DNA from: Enterococcus saccharolyticus subsp. saccharolyticus
Lineage (GTDB): Bacteria > Bacillota > Bacilli > Lactobacillales > Enterococcaceae
NCBI RefSeq assembly: GCF_029023825.1
Contig: NZ_CP118957.1
Location: 1,571,794 to 1,635,793 of the forward strand
Reading direction: 5' to 3'
DNA length: 64,000 bases
Part shown: positions 31,290 to 42,806 of the stretch, one piece after another
How positions within the stretch are numbered: the first letter of the stretch is position 1
Layout of the letters: each line of letters begins with the position of its first letter
Program-made: the position numbers and the translations under genes
Notes under the pieces: model-generated
Told to the model about the DNA's origin: nothing
Seen by the model: the letters and a program-made list of their open reading frames with translations, nothing else
The model's database searches: none

Positions 31290-32711
31290 TTATTTTTCTT
31301 CTTCGACTAATACGGGTTTTGGTTCTTGATTTTTTGCTTCGATTGCTTGAACAATTTCTTTATTGCCTTGTTTCGTTGCCATTGTTTCATTAATTAATCC
31401 AACTAAATCGAGACCTGTTGTTTCTTTGATGGTATCAAAAGTTCGCGCTAGTCCAGCTTCGCCCATTTCGTGTAAACCATCGCTTCCACCAAAGCTAACA
31501 ACTTTGTCAATATTGCTGATTGGTGCGTTGACTTCCTTGGCAATTTCTGGAAGAACTTTAATGAATTCCATTAAAATACCTGCTTCGTTGAGTTTTTGTA
31601 AAGCCAATGCCATTTTTTCTTTACTTTCAGCTTCGGCTTGACCAACCTTCGCAATTTTATCCGCTTCAGCTGCCCCAAGTTTTTCAACTCGTTGTGCTTC
31701 AGCTTCTGCTGCTAAACGAACTTTTTCAGCATCTGCTTCCGCTTTCGCAATTTCTCTCGCTTTTTCAGCCAAGGCATTTTGTTCCATTACATATTTATCC
31801 GCTTCGGCTTTTTTACGAACCGTCGCATTTAATTCTTTCTCGCTTAATTCTGCTTGTTTTTCTTGAATTTCGATATTTTTTTCTTGTTCAATTAAACGAA
31901 CTTTCATTTTCTCGCCAGTCGCTATTTGCTCTGCCTTCGCAACCGCCACATCTTGTTCTTGTTTATATTGTGCTTGTTTTAATTGCATTTCTTTGGTCGC
32001 TTCGGCAATTTCTGTTTTACGACGAATTTCTTCATGCTGAGCTAACTGTTCATTTTCCGCTTGTTTAATTCGTGTTTCACGTAAAGCATTTGATTCAGCC
32101 ACTTCAGCATTTTTCTTCACTTCAGCAATTTGTGGACGACCTAAAGCATCTAAGTAACCATTTGGATCCGTAACATCTTTAATTGTAAAAGAGACAATTT
32201 CCAAACCCATTTTTCGCAAGTCAGTCGATGCCACTTCTTGAACTTGTTCTGCGAAATCATCACGGTTTTTATAGATAGCTTCAACAGTCATTGTTCCTAA
32301 GATAGCACGTAAATGACCTTCTAATACTTCTTGCGCTTCATCTTCTAATTCTTGTGTTGATTTTCCTAGATATTGCTCAGCCGCTGTTTTAATGGATTCG
32401 ACACTATTCCCTACTTTAACTAAAACAGTCGCACTAGCTAAAATTGGTACCCCTTGTTCCGTATAAACTTCTGGTGTACCGATTTCTAATTTATGTGTTA
32501 ATAAGCTTAATTTATGTGCCTTTTGCACAATCGGAATTACAAATGTCCCACTATTTTTTAAAATTTTGATTCCTTCTTTTCCTAAAAAAGAACCTGTTAC
32601 AATTAAAGCTTCATCGGGTTTTCCAATACGATAACGAACCATTAAAAAGGCTAAAATTGCAATAAAGGCAATAATTCCCCAAAGAATAGGACTACTCAAA
32701 ACTTCTAACAT
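31290..32711 (-). CDS. floT: Flotillin-like SPFH/band-7 protein (FloT/YuaG type), 473 aa, with a long Ala/Glu/Lys coiled-coil.
   Basis: N-terminal TM segment and SPFH domain, then EA-rich repeats typical of flotillins. Confidence 0.85.
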   Translation of the reverse strand: MLEVLSSPILWGIIAFIAILAFLMVRYRIGKPDEALIVTGSFLGKEGIKILKNSGTFVIPIVQKAHKLSLLTHKLEIGTPEVYTEQGVPILASATVLVKVGNSVESIKTAAEQYLGKSTQELEDEAQEVLEGHLRAILGTMTVEAIYKNRDDFAEQVQEVASTDLRKMGLEIVSFTIKDVTDPNGYLDALGRPQIAEVKKNAEVAESNALRETRIKQAENEQLAQHEEIRRKTEIAEATKEMQLKQAQYKQEQDVAVAKAEQIATGEKMKVRLIEQEKNIEIQEKQAELSEKELNATVRKKAEADKYVMEQNALAEKAREIAKAEADAEKVRLAAEAEAQRVEKLGAAEADKIAKVGQAEAESKEKMALALQKLNEAGILMEFIKVLPEIAKEVNAPISNIDKVVSFGGSDGLHEMGEAGLARTFDTIKETTGLDLVGLINETMATKQGNKEIVQAIEAKNQEPKPVLVEEEK

Positions 32712-32728
32712 TTAAACCACTCTCCTCT

Positions 32729-33142
32729 TTAAAAATGATCGCTTTTAACAACTAAGGCAATGCCCTGTTCATCAAAATCAATAATTAACACTTTGGTTCC
32801 TATAGGTAAAACGACATCACTATTTCGATCTTCTTCACGATAAAATTTAGCAGGATAAACTGAAATTGCTGTTTCACTTCCTATCTCAATTACTTCACCG
32901 ATAGAATTCCCTCGAAGTCGTGTAGTCAATTCGCCAATTAAATAATCTTCTTTTCCTAACACATTGCTTTTATTTTTATCAGTTAATTGATTGTATAAAA
33001 ACATTAAAGGAAAAAAAATTAGCGAAAAAAGTAAATATAATATGAAAATAACAAGAAGAAAAAAGAGCAACCATAACAATGCTTGTATAAAGATAGGTTG
33101 ACTTGCTCTAAATTGGTTTAATTGTTCAATAAATCCAAACAT
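32729..33142 (-). CDS. nfeD: NfeD-like membrane protein (YuaF family), flotillin partner.
   Basis: N-terminal membrane segment plus a C-terminal OB-fold-like domain. Immediately upstream of the flotillin gene. Confidence 0.75.
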   Translation of the reverse strand: MFGFIEQLNQFRASQPIFIQALLWLLFFLLVIFILYLLFSLIFFPLMFLYNQLTDKNKSNVLGKEDYLIGELTTRLRGNSIGEVIEIGSETAISVYPAKFYREEDRNSDVVLPIGTKVLIIDFDEQGIALVVKSDHF

Positions 33143-33189
33143 CTAATAACCCACCTTTCGTTATTTCATACTTTAATGATAGCGCATTC

Positions 33190-33975
33190 CCTCATTAGGT
33201 TCAAGAATATTTCCAAAGATAGGTCTTAAGACCGATAATCAAAACCTCCAGTGTGAACTGGAGGTTTGTTCTTCGGCTGAAAGCCTCTTTTACCGGCCAT
33301 AGCCTAAAAGGCTTCCTGAACGGTTTCCCACTTGCACCACTTTTACTCACTGATCCTTAAAGAATCTCTTTCACTTCTTCTTGTTTTTTTGTCCTGTAAA
33401 CGGATCATACTCTTCAAACAATGTTAGCTGATCTGCTACATAATCTTCTTGTACTTGATTCCGAATGTATTCTTCGATCTGCTTCTTATTTCTTCCTACT
33501 GTATCCACGTAATACCCTCTACACCAAAATTTTCGGTTCCCATACCGATACTTCAAATTCGCATGTCTGTCAAAAATCATTAAGCTACTCTTGCCTTTTA
33601 AATAGCCTACAAAACCTGATACACTATATTTTGGTGGGATACTTACGAGTAAGTGGATATGATCTTTGCACGCATTTGCTTCGATGATCTCCACTCCTTT
33701 TCTTTCACATAATGTTCGGATGATCTCACCTATACTTTTCTTATACTTTCCATAAATCACTTGTCGTCTATATTTTGGTGCAAAAACAATGTGGTACTTA
33801 CATTTCCATGTCGTGTGTGATAAACTTTCATTAGCCTTTTTCATAATAGGCACCTCCTAAATTGATGGATGTGGTGGTCGGGAAACCAATTTCATCTTAT
33901 CATTTTTGGGAGGCTTTTTTAATACCTCGCTGGAAGCTCTTTGGAACCCCCGGCTTAGCCAGGGGTTTTCAATAC
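33190..33975 (-). mobile_element. IS200/IS605-family insertion sequence (IS200 group, tnpA only) with subterminal hairpins. Boundaries are approximate.
   Basis: Y1 HUH transposase gene flanked by structured ends: a perfect hairpin AAACCTCCAGT-GTGAA-ACTGGAGGTTT at 33242-33268, and AACCCC...GGGGTT at 33945-33967. Confidence 0.6.
33371..33844 (-). CDS. tnpA: IS200/IS605-family transposase TnpA (Y1 HUH), 157 aa.
   Basis: HUH motif (DHIHLLVSIP) and catalytic Tyr region (WCRGYYVDTVG). Start at MKKANES with RBS AGGAGGTG. Confidence 0.9.
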   Translation of the reverse strand: MKKANESLSHTTWKCKYHIVFAPKYRRQVIYGKYKKSIGEIIRTLCERKGVEIIEANACKDHIHLLVSIPPKYSVSGFVGYLKGKSSLMIFDRHANLKYRYGNRKFWCRGYYVDTVGRNKKQIEEYIRNQVQEDYVADQLTLFEEYDPFTGQKNKKK

Positions 33976-33978
33976 ACA

Positions 33979-34012
33979 TAAAAAAACCGAACCAATTTAA
34001 TCTTGGTTCGGC
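33979..34012 (-). terminator. Rho-independent terminator of trmFO.
   Basis: Hairpin CCGAACCAA...TTGGTTCGG with an A-run on the plus strand (T-run on minus). Confidence 0.75.
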
Positions 34013-34019
34013 GTTATTT

Positions 34020-35327
34020 TTAATGATTAATCTCTACTTTTTTTGCTTCTAAACTTTCTAATGCACGATTGGCAATCGCTTCATAACGCGATTTTTTGTC
34101 TCTAATACGTTCTGGTAATTCAGGGAATAATCCAAAGTTTGCATTCATTGGTTGGAAATGTTTACCAGAAGCATGTGTAATATAATATGCCATGCTACCA
34201 ATGGCTGTTTCTTGTGGGAACGTAATTAATTCTTCTTCTTTCGCCATACGAGCTGCATTAATTCCTGCTACTAAACCACTAGCTGCACTTTCAACATAGC
34301 CTTCGACTCCGGTCATTTGACCAGCAAAGAACAAATCATCGCGTAAACGAGATTGATATGTTTGTTGTAACAACTCTGGAGAATTCATAAAGCTGTTACG
34401 GTGCATCACACCATAACGAACAATATCAGCCTTTTCCAAACCAGGAATCATGCGGAAAACACGTTTTTGTTCGCCCCATTTTAAATGTGTTTGGAAACCA
34501 ACAATATTATATAACGAAGCTACTGCATTATCTTGTCTTAATTGGATGACAGCATACGGACGTTTTCCTGTTTTTGGATCTTCCAATCCAACTGGTTTTA
34601 ATGGTCCAAATAGCATTGTTTTACGGCCACGTTTTGCCATTACTTCAATTGGCATACAACCTTCAAAGAATTTTTCTTTTTCAAACTCTTTTAATGGTGC
34701 TACTTCAGCAGCAACTAATTCATCGTAAAAAGCATTAAATTCTTCTTCAGTCATTGGACAGTTTAAATATGCAGCTTCTCCTTTGTCATAGCGAGATTTC
34801 AAATATACTTTATCCATATCAATCGTTGCTTTATCAATGATTGGAGCTGCTGCATCATAGAAATAAAAGCCTTCTGAACCATTAAAATCTTTAATTGCTT
34901 GCGCTAAAGGTGCAGAAGTTAAAGGACCTGTTGCAATAATTGTAATCCCTTCTGGAATTTCTGTAATTTCTTCTTCAACAACTGTTACTAATGGGTGTTC
35001 TTTCACTCGTTTCGTAATTAGCTCTGAAAAAGAATCACGGTCAACTGCTAAAGCGCCCCCCGCTGGTACAGCCGTATCGTCAGCCGAAGTAATAACAACT
35101 GAATTCAATCGACGCATTTCTTCTTTTAATACGCCAACAGCATTTGCTAAACTATTTCCACGTAATGAATTTGAGCAAACCAATTCAGCAAAATTGCCTG
35201 TATGATGGGCTTCTGTTGATTTTTTAGGACGCATTTCAAATAAACGCACGGGTACTCCTGCTTGTGCTACTTGCCAAGCAGCTTCACTTCCGGCTAGGCC
35301 GGCACCAATAATATTTACAGTTTTCAT
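34020..35327 (-). CDS. trmFO: Methylenetetrahydrofolate--tRNA-(uracil54-C5)-methyltransferase TrmFO (Gid).
   Basis: N-terminal FAD-binding [10 protein letters not shown] motif and 435 aa length. Confidence 0.9.
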   Translation of the reverse strand: MKTVNIIGAGLAGSEAAWQVAQAGVPVRLFEMRPKKSTEAHHTGNFAELVCSNSLRGNSLANAVGVLKEEMRRLNSVVITSADDTAVPAGGALAVDRDSFSELITKRVKEHPLVTVVEEEITEIPEGITIIATGPLTSAPLAQAIKDFNGSEGFYFYDAAAPIIDKATIDMDKVYLKSRYDKGEAAYLNCPMTEEEFNAFYDELVAAEVAPLKEFEKEKFFEGCMPIEVMAKRGRKTMLFGPLKPVGLEDPKTGKRPYAVIQLRQDNAVASLYNIVGFQTHLKWGEQKRVFRMIPGLEKADIVRYGVMHRNSFMNSPELLQQTYQSRLRDDLFFAGQMTGVEGYVESAASGLVAGINAARMAKEEELITFPQETAIGSMAYYITHASGKHFQPMNANFGLFPELPERIRDKKSRYEAIANRALESLEAKKVEINH

Positions 35328-35367
35328 GATAAATCTCCTCTAGAATGAAAAAGGCTTAAGCCTTTTT

Positions 35368-37446
35368 CTATTTTTGTACATCCTCTTCGTAGTCACCATT
35401 CGGACACACAATTTGTTTGCCACCTTTGACTTTTTTCTCTACTAGATAGTGATCACATTTTGGACAATTTCGTCCAATTGGCTTATCCCAAGAAGTGAAT
35501 TCACATTCAGGATAACGATCACAACCATAGAAGATGCGATTTTTCTTAGATTTTCTTTCAACAACTTGTCCTTTATGACAAATTGGACATTCTACACCAA
35601 TTTCTTTAACGATTGGTTTTGTATTCCGGCAATCTGGGAAGTTACTACATGCATAAAATTTCCCATAACGTCCTAATTTGATAACCATTGGATGACCACA
35701 TAATTCGCAATCAAAACCAGCTGGTTCATCTTTGATTTGAATTTTTTCGATTTTTTCTTCGGCTGTTTTTAGCTCTTTTTCAAATGGGCGATAGAAATGA
35801 TCGACAACCTTAATCCAGTCCTCTTTTCCTTCTTCCACTTTATCTAAATTGTCTTCCATTTCAGCTGTAAAATGAACATCAACGATTTGTGGGAAGAAAT
35901 CTTCAATCAACGTATTAACAATCTCACCTAACTCGGTTGGTTCAAAACGTTTTTGAGCTAACTTCACATAATAACGACGTTGGATTGTTTCTAATGTTGG
36001 TGCATATGTCGATGGACGACCAACTCCATTTTCTTCCAATGTGCGAATTAAGGTTGCTTCACTAAAACGTGCAGGTGGTTGTGTAAAATGTTGTTTTGGT
36101 TCAATATCAACAGATTGAACCATTTCGCCAATTTCTAACTCAGGTAAGATATTTTCTTTCTCTTCTTTCCCATCATCACGGCCTTCAACATACACTTGCA
36201 TAAATCCTTTAAACTTCACTTTAGAACCATTCGCAATAAATTGGACACCGTTATGATCCAATGTCACTTTCATCGTATCTAAAATAGCAGGAGTCATTTG
36301 ACTAGCAACCAAACGTGACCAGATTAAAGAATATAATTTTAATTGATCTTTGTCTAGATATTTCGCCATTTCATCTGGTGTACGTAATGCACTTGTTGGA
36401 CGAATCGCTTCATGGGCATCTTGTGCACCTTGGGCATTTTTCAATTTTTTGACATCATGTGCAGCAAATTCTTTTCCATAAGTTGATTCAATAAAATCAG
36501 TTACTTCGGCTTTTGCTGAATCTGAAATACGTTTCGAATCTGTACGCATATACGTAATTAAACCGACAGTTCCTTGTCGACCTAGCGAAATTCCTTCATA
36601 AAGCTGCTGCGCAACCATCATTGTTTTACGAGTTCTAAAGTTTAATTTACGTGCTGCCTCTTGTTGTAAGCTACTTGTAGTAAACGGAGCTGCTGGATTA
36701 CGTTTACGCTCTTTTTTCTCGACGTTTTTTACTTCATAATCTTTACCTGTAATACGGCTAGTAACTTCTTTGACACTTTCAGCATTTGGCAATTTCTTTT
36801 TCTTTCCATCAATTCCCCAGAAATTGGCCTTGAATTTTTTACGACCTTTTTTAAAATTGCCATCAATACTCCAATATTCTTCCGGTTTGAATTCACGAAT
36901 TTCTTTTTCGCGATCAATAATAATTTTTAAAGCGACCGATTGAACACGTCCAGCACTCAACCCTTTTTTGACTTTACGCCATAAAATTGGGCTAATTGAG
37001 TACCCCACTAAACGGTCTAAAACACGTCGCGCTTGTTGTGCATCCACTAAATCAAGATCAATCGTTCGCGGTTCTTTAAAGGCTGCTTTTACAGCATCTT
37101 TGGTAATTTCATTAAACACCACTCGATTTTTTTCATTTAAATCTAGTCCTAACAAATGAGCTAAATGCCATGCAATGGCTTCCCCTTCTCTATCCGGGTC
37201 ACTTGCAAGATACACTTTTTGTGCTTTTTTTGCTGCAGAGCGTAGACTTTTAATGACATCGCCTTTTCCACGAATAGAAATATAATGTGGTTCATAATTA
37301 TTTTCAACATCGATTCCCATTTTACTTTTCGGTAAATCACGAATATGTCCTACACTGGCAACCACTTTGTAATTTCGACCAAGATATTTCTCAATCGTTT
37401 TTGCTTTCGCTGGTGATTCCACAATCACCAAATATTTATAGGCCAT
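35368..37446 (-). CDS. topA: DNA topoisomerase I.
   Basis: Toprim and topo-IA domains plus C-terminal zinc-ribbon repeats (CxxC...CxxC). Start at [12 protein letters not shown]. Confidence 0.95.
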   Translation of the reverse strand: MAYKYLVIVESPAKAKTIEKYLGRNYKVVASVGHIRDLPKSKMGIDVENNYEPHYISIRGKGDVIKSLRSAAKKAQKVYLASDPDREGEAIAWHLAHLLGLDLNEKNRVVFNEITKDAVKAAFKEPRTIDLDLVDAQQARRVLDRLVGYSISPILWRKVKKGLSAGRVQSVALKIIIDREKEIREFKPEEYWSIDGNFKKGRKKFKANFWGIDGKKKKLPNAESVKEVTSRITGKDYEVKNVEKKERKRNPAAPFTTSSLQQEAARKLNFRTRKTMMVAQQLYEGISLGRQGTVGLITYMRTDSKRISDSAKAEVTDFIESTYGKEFAAHDVKKLKNAQGAQDAHEAIRPTSALRTPDEMAKYLDKDQLKLYSLIWSRLVASQMTPAILDTMKVTLDHNGVQFIANGSKVKFKGFMQVYVEGRDDGKEEKENILPELEIGEMVQSVDIEPKQHFTQPPARFSEATLIRTLEENGVGRPSTYAPTLETIQRRYYVKLAQKRFEPTELGEIVNTLIEDFFPQIVDVHFTAEMEDNLDKVEEGKEDWIKVVDHFYRPFEKELKTAEEKIEKIQIKDEPAGFDCELCGHPMVIKLGRYGKFYACSNFPDCRNTKPIVKEIGVECPICHKGQVVERKSKKNRIFYGCDRYPECEFTSWDKPIGRNCPKCDHYLVEKKVKGGKQIVCPNGDYEEDVQK

Positions 37447-37567
37447 GCACAAATGGCTCCTTCCTAAGAAAATTTCCTACTATATAAAGTGCTATCAATT
37501 AACAATAAATCGTAGCCTATCATATCTATAAGAAAATCTTTTGTCAAGGAGAGACCTACTATCAAGT

Positions 37568-38458
37568 TTAAAAAATAACTGAATAATTCGGAAGTTCGTC
37601 AAAAATATCTTGAATAGAATACACACATTTGGCACCATCTTGAATTAAACGATGGCACCCATTTGATTGCCCACTGACGATTTCTCCAGGAATAGCAAAA
37701 ACTTCTTTTCCGTACTCTAATGCAAGTTGTGCAGTAATTAATGATCCACTTCGCTCTTTTGCTTCGATGACACATGTTCCTTGCGTTAACCCTGCAATAA
37801 TCCGATTACGCATTGGAAAATGATGTTTTTGTACACCCACACCTTGCGGATATTCGCTTAAAATCAACTGATTCTTGCGCATTTCTACAAACAATGCACT
37901 TACTTCACGCGGATAACACCTATCCAGTCCACAGCCAACCACACCAATCGTATGCCCTCCGCCAATAATTGCTGCTTCATGACTATAACGATCCACACCT
38001 TTTGCTAATCCACTGACAATGACCACATTTTGTTCGACTATTTTAGGAATAAAACTGCTTAGTACACGCAGCGCATAAGGTGTTGCCTCTCTAGCACCGA
38101 CAAAAGCTAATTTAGAATAACGCAATAAAGATAAATTACCTACGTAAAATAAAATTAATGGTTGTTGATACAATTGCTTTAATTCTTGTGGATAATCGTT
38201 GGATAGCCATGTTACAAATCGCTGTTTTTCTGCTTGCTCGACTAACCAATCTTCAGAAATAGCTTGCCAGCTTTTTTTAAATTGCTCTTGAAATCGCTGA
38301 ATGCTGGCAATCCGAATAATTTCATTCTCTGAAAAAGTGGCACGTTGCATTTCTTGCGCACAATGCACGACTTTCCATTTACCAATCAACCCAATTCCTT
38401 TGCAATAGGTTAATTTAAAAATCAAACGTTCAATTTCGCTTAGTTGCCAAAAATCCAA
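37568..38458 (-). CDS. dprA: DNA processing protein DprA (Smf).
   Basis: Rossmann-like DprA core. Start reassigned to the TTG at 38458, 9 nt after AGGAGG, giving about 297 aa. The track ORF extends upstream without an RBS. Confidence 0.85.
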   Translation of the reverse strand: MDFWQLSEIERLIFKLTYCKGIGLIGKWKVVHCAQEMQRATFSENEIIRIASIQRFQEQFKKSWQAISEDWLVEQAEKQRFVTWLSNDYPQELKQLYQQPLILFYVGNLSLLRYSKLAFVGAREATPYALRVLSSFIPKIVEQNVVIVSGLAKGVDRYSHEAAIIGGGHTIGVVGCGLDRCYPREVSALFVEMRKNQLILSEYPQGVGVQKHHFPMRNRIIAGLTQGTCVIEAKERSGSLITAQLALEYGKEVFAIPGEIVSGQSNGCHRLIQDGAKCVYSIQDIFDELPNYSVIF

Positions 38459-38620
38459 GTTGTTCCGCCTCCTGTTCTTCTCACTAACTAGATACGCAAA
38501 AAAACGCCTCTTTTTTTGCGCAACAAAAAACTTGAGTCCCTTTGCAAAAACGTTTATGATTGACGTTGTGTGAAATAAATGAAAAATTTTATCCATAATT
38601 ACAAAAAAGGAGTGATAGAT

Positions 38621-39484
38621 ATGGCGATTCAATGGTTTCCTGGCCATATGGCAAAGGCAAAAAGAGAAGTAAGCGAAAAATTAAAATATGTCGATATTGT
38701 TTTTGAATTAGTTGACGGACGTTTACCTTTATCCTCTCGAAATCCGCTGCTTGACCAAATTTTACAACAAAAACCACGTCTTGTTTTAATTAATAAAGCG
38801 GATCTAGCTGATCCCAATCAAACAAAGCAATGGGAAAACTATTTTATTGAAAAAGGATTTGCTGTACTAGCAATTAACGCCCAAGAAAATAAAGGTGTCA
38901 AAGCGATTGTTGCAAAAGCAAAAGAAGCACTAAAAGAAAAATTGGAACGTGACCGTAATCGGGGATTAAAACCACGCGCGATTCGGGCAATGGTTATTGG
39001 TATTCCTAACGTAGGTAAATCAACTCTTTTAAATCGTTTAGCAGGTAAGAAAATCGCACAAACCGGAAATAAACCTGGCGTAACGAAAGGCCAACAGTGG
39101 ATTCGTTACGGAAAAGAATTAGAATTATTAGATACCCCAGGGATTTTGTGGCCAAAATTTGAAGACCAAGAAATTGGAAAGAAACTAGCTTTAACTGGTG
39201 CAATTAAGGATCAACTGTTACATTTAGATGATATTGCCATTTATGGCTTAGATTTTTTTGCCCGCTACTATCCTAAGCAACTCATCCAACGTTATCATTT
39301 ATCGGAAGAGGAAGTTTTGCAATTAGCACCAGAATTGTTAATGACTATTACTGAAAAACTCGGTTTCCGTGATAATTATGAACGTGGAAGCGAACGTGTG
39401 ATTCATGATATTCGCCAAGGAAAATTAGGTCGGTATACACTTGATCGTTCTAATGAAATTGGAGTCGATGAAGATGAAGCCTGA
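38621..39484 (+). CDS. rbgA: Ribosome biogenesis GTPase A (YlqF/RbgA).
   Basis: Circularly permuted GTPase motifs ([14 protein letters not shown]). Start at [10 protein letters not shown] with RBS AAAGGAG. Confidence 0.9.
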   Translation: MAIQWFPGHMAKAKREVSEKLKYVDIVFELVDGRLPLSSRNPLLDQILQQKPRLVLINKADLADPNQTKQWENYFIEKGFAVLAINAQENKGVKAIVAKAKEALKEKLERDRNRGLKPRAIRAMVIGIPNVGKSTLLNRLAGKKIAQTGNKPGVTKGQQWIRYGKELELLDTPGILWPKFEDQEIGKKLALTGAIKDQLLHLDDIAIYGLDFFARYYPKQLIQRYHLSEEEVLQLAPELLMTITEKLGFRDNYERGSERVIHDIRQGKLGRYTLDRSNEIGVDEDEA

Positions 39485-40244
39485 GTCAATTGCTACTATT
39501 AAAGAACGTCTCCAAAACCTGTCTTCACTAGACGATCCGTATGTCGAAAATTTGCGCCAAGATACGCGTTTAGGTGTACAGAAATTAGTGGGACAATTTG
39601 CGAAACGTTTGGAAAAAGAAGCACAATTAAAAGCAAAATACGCAGAAATGCAAGTCTTTGAACATGCTTGCTACGCACAAGGACATACACTCATTGCAGG
39701 TATTGATGAGGTAGGTCGTGGTCCTTTAGCTGGTCCTGTCGTTTCTGCTGCAGTTATTTTGCCCCAAAATTGCGAAATTTTAGGTTTAAATGATTCTAAA
39801 CAACTTTCGGAAAAGAAACGTGATGCGCTCGCAAAAGAAATCCGTGAGCATGCAATTGCCATTGGTATTGGCATTCTTTCACCTGAAGAAATTGATCAAC
39901 TAAACATCTATCAAGCAAGTAAACAAGCTATGATGCAAGCTGTGACACAATTGACACCACAACCAGATCATTTACTGATTGATGCCATGACCCTTGATTT
40001 ACCTTTCCCTCAAGAAAAAATTATTAAGGGCGATGCTCGTTCGATTTCAATTGCTGCCGCTAGTATCATTGCAAAAGTGTATCGCGACGACTTAATGAAA
40101 GAGTATCACAAATTATATCCATATTACGGCTTTGATAAAAATGCAGGTTATGGAACGAAAACTCATTTAGAAGGCTTAGCAACACACGGTATAACCCCTA
40201 TTCACCGTAAAACGTTTGCACCTGTCAAACAATATCTACAATAA
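39474..40244 (+). CDS. rnhB: Ribonuclease HII.
   Basis: Catalytic [10 protein letters not shown] motif. Start overlaps the rbgA stop. Confidence 0.9.
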   Translation: MKPESIATIKERLQNLSSLDDPYVENLRQDTRLGVQKLVGQFAKRLEKEAQLKAKYAEMQVFEHACYAQGHTLIAGIDEVGRGPLAGPVVSAAVILPQNCEILGLNDSKQLSEKKRDALAKEIREHAIAIGIGILSPEEIDQLNIYQASKQAMMQAVTQLTPQPDHLLIDAMTLDLPFPQEKIIKGDARSISIAAASIIAKVYRDDLMKEYHKLYPYYGFDKNAGYGTKTHLEGLATHGITPIHRKTFAPVKQYLQ

Positions 40245-40311
40245 AAAACATCGGAACGATAACGTCTCAATCGTTCCGATGTTTTCACTTGTCACCATTT
40301 CTTTTACTGGC

Positions 40312-42081
40312 TCAAATTAAGTGACTATCTTTTAATAGCTCCTCAATGAATGTCCCTTCAATTTTTTTCATCCCACGTTTCTCTAATACTTTGATAATCC
40401 AAGGGGCTTGCATATCTGTTATTTTTTTGCCATCCATTAAGCGATTTGTTGATGACAACAAGGTACGAATATCATATGCAGAAGCGAATACTTCTGGAAC
40501 GCCCCGATCAATATCTAGCAACGTATACACAGCTTCCATCGCTGTGCGAACAGAATATTCCGTTGTAAAAACAGTATCTCGTTCTGTTTCGCTAAAGTTC
40601 CCAATAAAGGCTAAGTTTTTAGAACCTTCTGGGACAACAAGTGGGCGATCCCCATTCGCACGTGGCATAAAATAAGACGTAATATACGGCATATAACAAG
40701 GAATAGTATTGGCTGAATGACGAGCTAATTGAGGAATTTCTTCCACAGGCACACCCATGTGATACAACCATTCTTGGGCAATTTCATTACCTGAACATTC
40801 TGTAATACTTTTCTTAATAAAATCGCCATTTTTCGCAGAAAGTAATCCGTAAATCCAGACAACTAATTGATCGTTTGGTTGATTTTTAAAGTGTGGTTGA
40901 CGATTTAACGTGTAACTCATTAACCAGCCAGAATCTTTCACCGTCACAATCCCACCAGTTACCACTTTTCCAGCATAAGGATCACGTTTACTAATTTTTT
41001 CAATATATGGCGCAATTTTATCATCCAACGTAGTTAAAGTAGCTGAAACAAACCAACTTTCTTCTGGTAAGTTGTCACAGAATTTACTTGGATTTCCTAA
41101 GGCAGCATCTTGTTTTGCCAAATTTTGCCACAAACGCCAACTGCCACCAGGTTCATGGGTAACCGGTGCAGGATGATCGTTATCTCCATAAGTGGTACTT
41201 TCAGTAATACTGCCATTTGTAACGAACACCAAATCATTCGTAGTCAGAAGAATATGTTGTTCCTCACCTTTAACATCTACAATGATTTCTTTTGCAAGCA
41301 AGCCTTCTTCGCGCGCAACAATAATATTTTTAACAACTGTATCATATTGGAAATGAACATGATGCGCTTCTAAATATCTAACTAATGGTAAAACTAAGGA
41401 TTCATATTGATTGTATTTTGTAAATTTCAATGCAGATAAATCAGGTAGTCCATCAATATGATGAATAAAACGCATGATGTATCGGCGCATTTCCATAGCA
41501 GAATGCCAAGTTTCAAACGCAAACATCGATGACCAATATATCCAAAAATTAGACTCAAAAAATTCTTCAGAAAAGACATCGGTAATTTTCTTATCTTGTA
41601 GACTATCTTCGGTCATTAGAAACAAACGAACAATTTCTTCTGATGCCTGATCAGACAAAGTAAATTTTCCATCTGTTGAAATACGTTCTCCACGATTTTC
41701 AATTACTCGGCAATTTGAAGAATTCGGATCTTCCTTATTTAACCAATAGAATTCATCTAAAACCGAGGCATCTTCGACTTCTAGTGAAGGCACTGAGCGA
41801 AATAGATCCCATAAACATTCAAAATGATTTTCCATTTCACGACCACCACGAATAATGAAACCTCGAGTTGGGTCTAACGTCCCATCCAAACTTCCACCAG
41901 CAAGTGGTAATTCTTCAAAAATATGGATATTTTCACCTTTCATTTGACCATCACGAACTAAAAATGCAGCAGCTGACAAAGAGGCTAACCCTGACCCAAC
42001 TAAATAAGCTTGTTTACTATCGACATTGGCTGGTTTTTTAGGACGCGCAAACGCTTCATAATTTCCATTACTTCGATACAT
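40312..42081 (-). CDS. ohyA: Oleate hydratase (myosin cross-reactive antigen family, FAD-dependent).
   Basis: N-terminus [16 protein letters not shown]...[22 protein letters not shown] is the MCRA/OhyA signature. The alternative upstream ATG at 42099 adds 6 aa. Confidence 0.9.
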   Translation of the reverse strand: MYRSNGNYEAFARPKKPANVDSKQAYLVGSGLASLSAAAFLVRDGQMKGENIHIFEELPLAGGSLDGTLDPTRGFIIRGGREMENHFECLWDLFRSVPSLEVEDASVLDEFYWLNKEDPNSSNCRVIENRGERISTDGKFTLSDQASEEIVRLFLMTEDSLQDKKITDVFSEEFFESNFWIYWSSMFAFETWHSAMEMRRYIMRFIHHIDGLPDLSALKFTKYNQYESLVLPLVRYLEAHHVHFQYDTVVKNIIVAREEGLLAKEIIVDVKGEEQHILLTTNDLVFVTNGSITESTTYGDNDHPAPVTHEPGGSWRLWQNLAKQDAALGNPSKFCDNLPEESWFVSATLTTLDDKIAPYIEKISKRDPYAGKVVTGGIVTVKDSGWLMSYTLNRQPHFKNQPNDQLVVWIYGLLSAKNGDFIKKSITECSGNEIAQEWLYHMGVPVEEIPQLARHSANTIPCYMPYITSYFMPRANGDRPLVVPEGSKNLAFIGNFSETERDTVFTTEYSVRTAMEAVYTLLDIDRGVPEVFASAYDIRTLLSSTNRLMDGKKITDMQAPWIIKVLEKRGMKKIEGTFIEELLKDSHLI

Positions 42082-42248
42082 AGAAACATCTTCTTTCATT
42101 AAGTAGTTAAATACATCACTATTATGGAACGTTTTTTGTTATTTAACAAACAGAAACCCTTCTCATTTGTAAGACAAATACCCTTTTTTGACAAAAAAAC
42201 CGAACTATCTCAGGACAAATAGCCCTCTATGATAGTTCGGATTAATGT

Positions 42249-42806
42249 TTAGATAAATTTCATATGAGCAAATGGATAATAGACGAACCGGGCTTTTCCT
42301 AAAATATTTTCTTCAGAAATAGCTCCAAAAGAACGACTGTCTTTTGACAATCGACGATTATCACCTATCACAAAATAACTGTCTTTACCTAATTTTTCGA
42401 CACCCATTAACTCTTCAAATGTGAAATCATACGTAAATGGTATCGGTTCATCATTTTCTTCTAAATTTTTTTCTAAAAATGGTTCAGCCACTTTTTTGCC
42501 ATTAATATACAATTGGTCATTAGCATAACTAACTGATTCACCAGGTAGACCAATTACTCGTTTAATATAAGTCGTTCCGTCAGACAGTTGAAAGACAATC
42601 ACGTCAAAACGTTTAATCTCTGATATTTTTTCAACAACTACCATATCGCCTTGCTGTAAAGTCGTTTCCATTGAATTTCCTTCAACAGGTACAGGAATCA
42701 ATAAAAATCCGCGAATCATCAGCGCAAGCGCTCCTGCCACAAATGTATACTTTAGAAACGTCCAAAAAATCTCGAAAAAGCGGTCTTTATTTACATCTTT
42801 TTTCAT
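42249..42806 (-). CDS. lepB: Signal peptidase I.
   Basis: S26 motifs (SMETTL, GDNRRLSKDSR), 185 aa. Confidence 0.9.
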   Translation of the reverse strand: MKKDVNKDRFFEIFWTFLKYTFVAGALALMIRGFLLIPVPVEGNSMETTLQQGDMVVVEKISEIKRFDVIVFQLSDGTTYIKRVIGLPGESVSYANDQLYINGKKVAEPFLEKNLEENDEPIPFTYDFTFEELMGVEKLGKDSYFVIGDNRRLSKDSRSFGAISEENILGKARFVYYPFAHMKFI

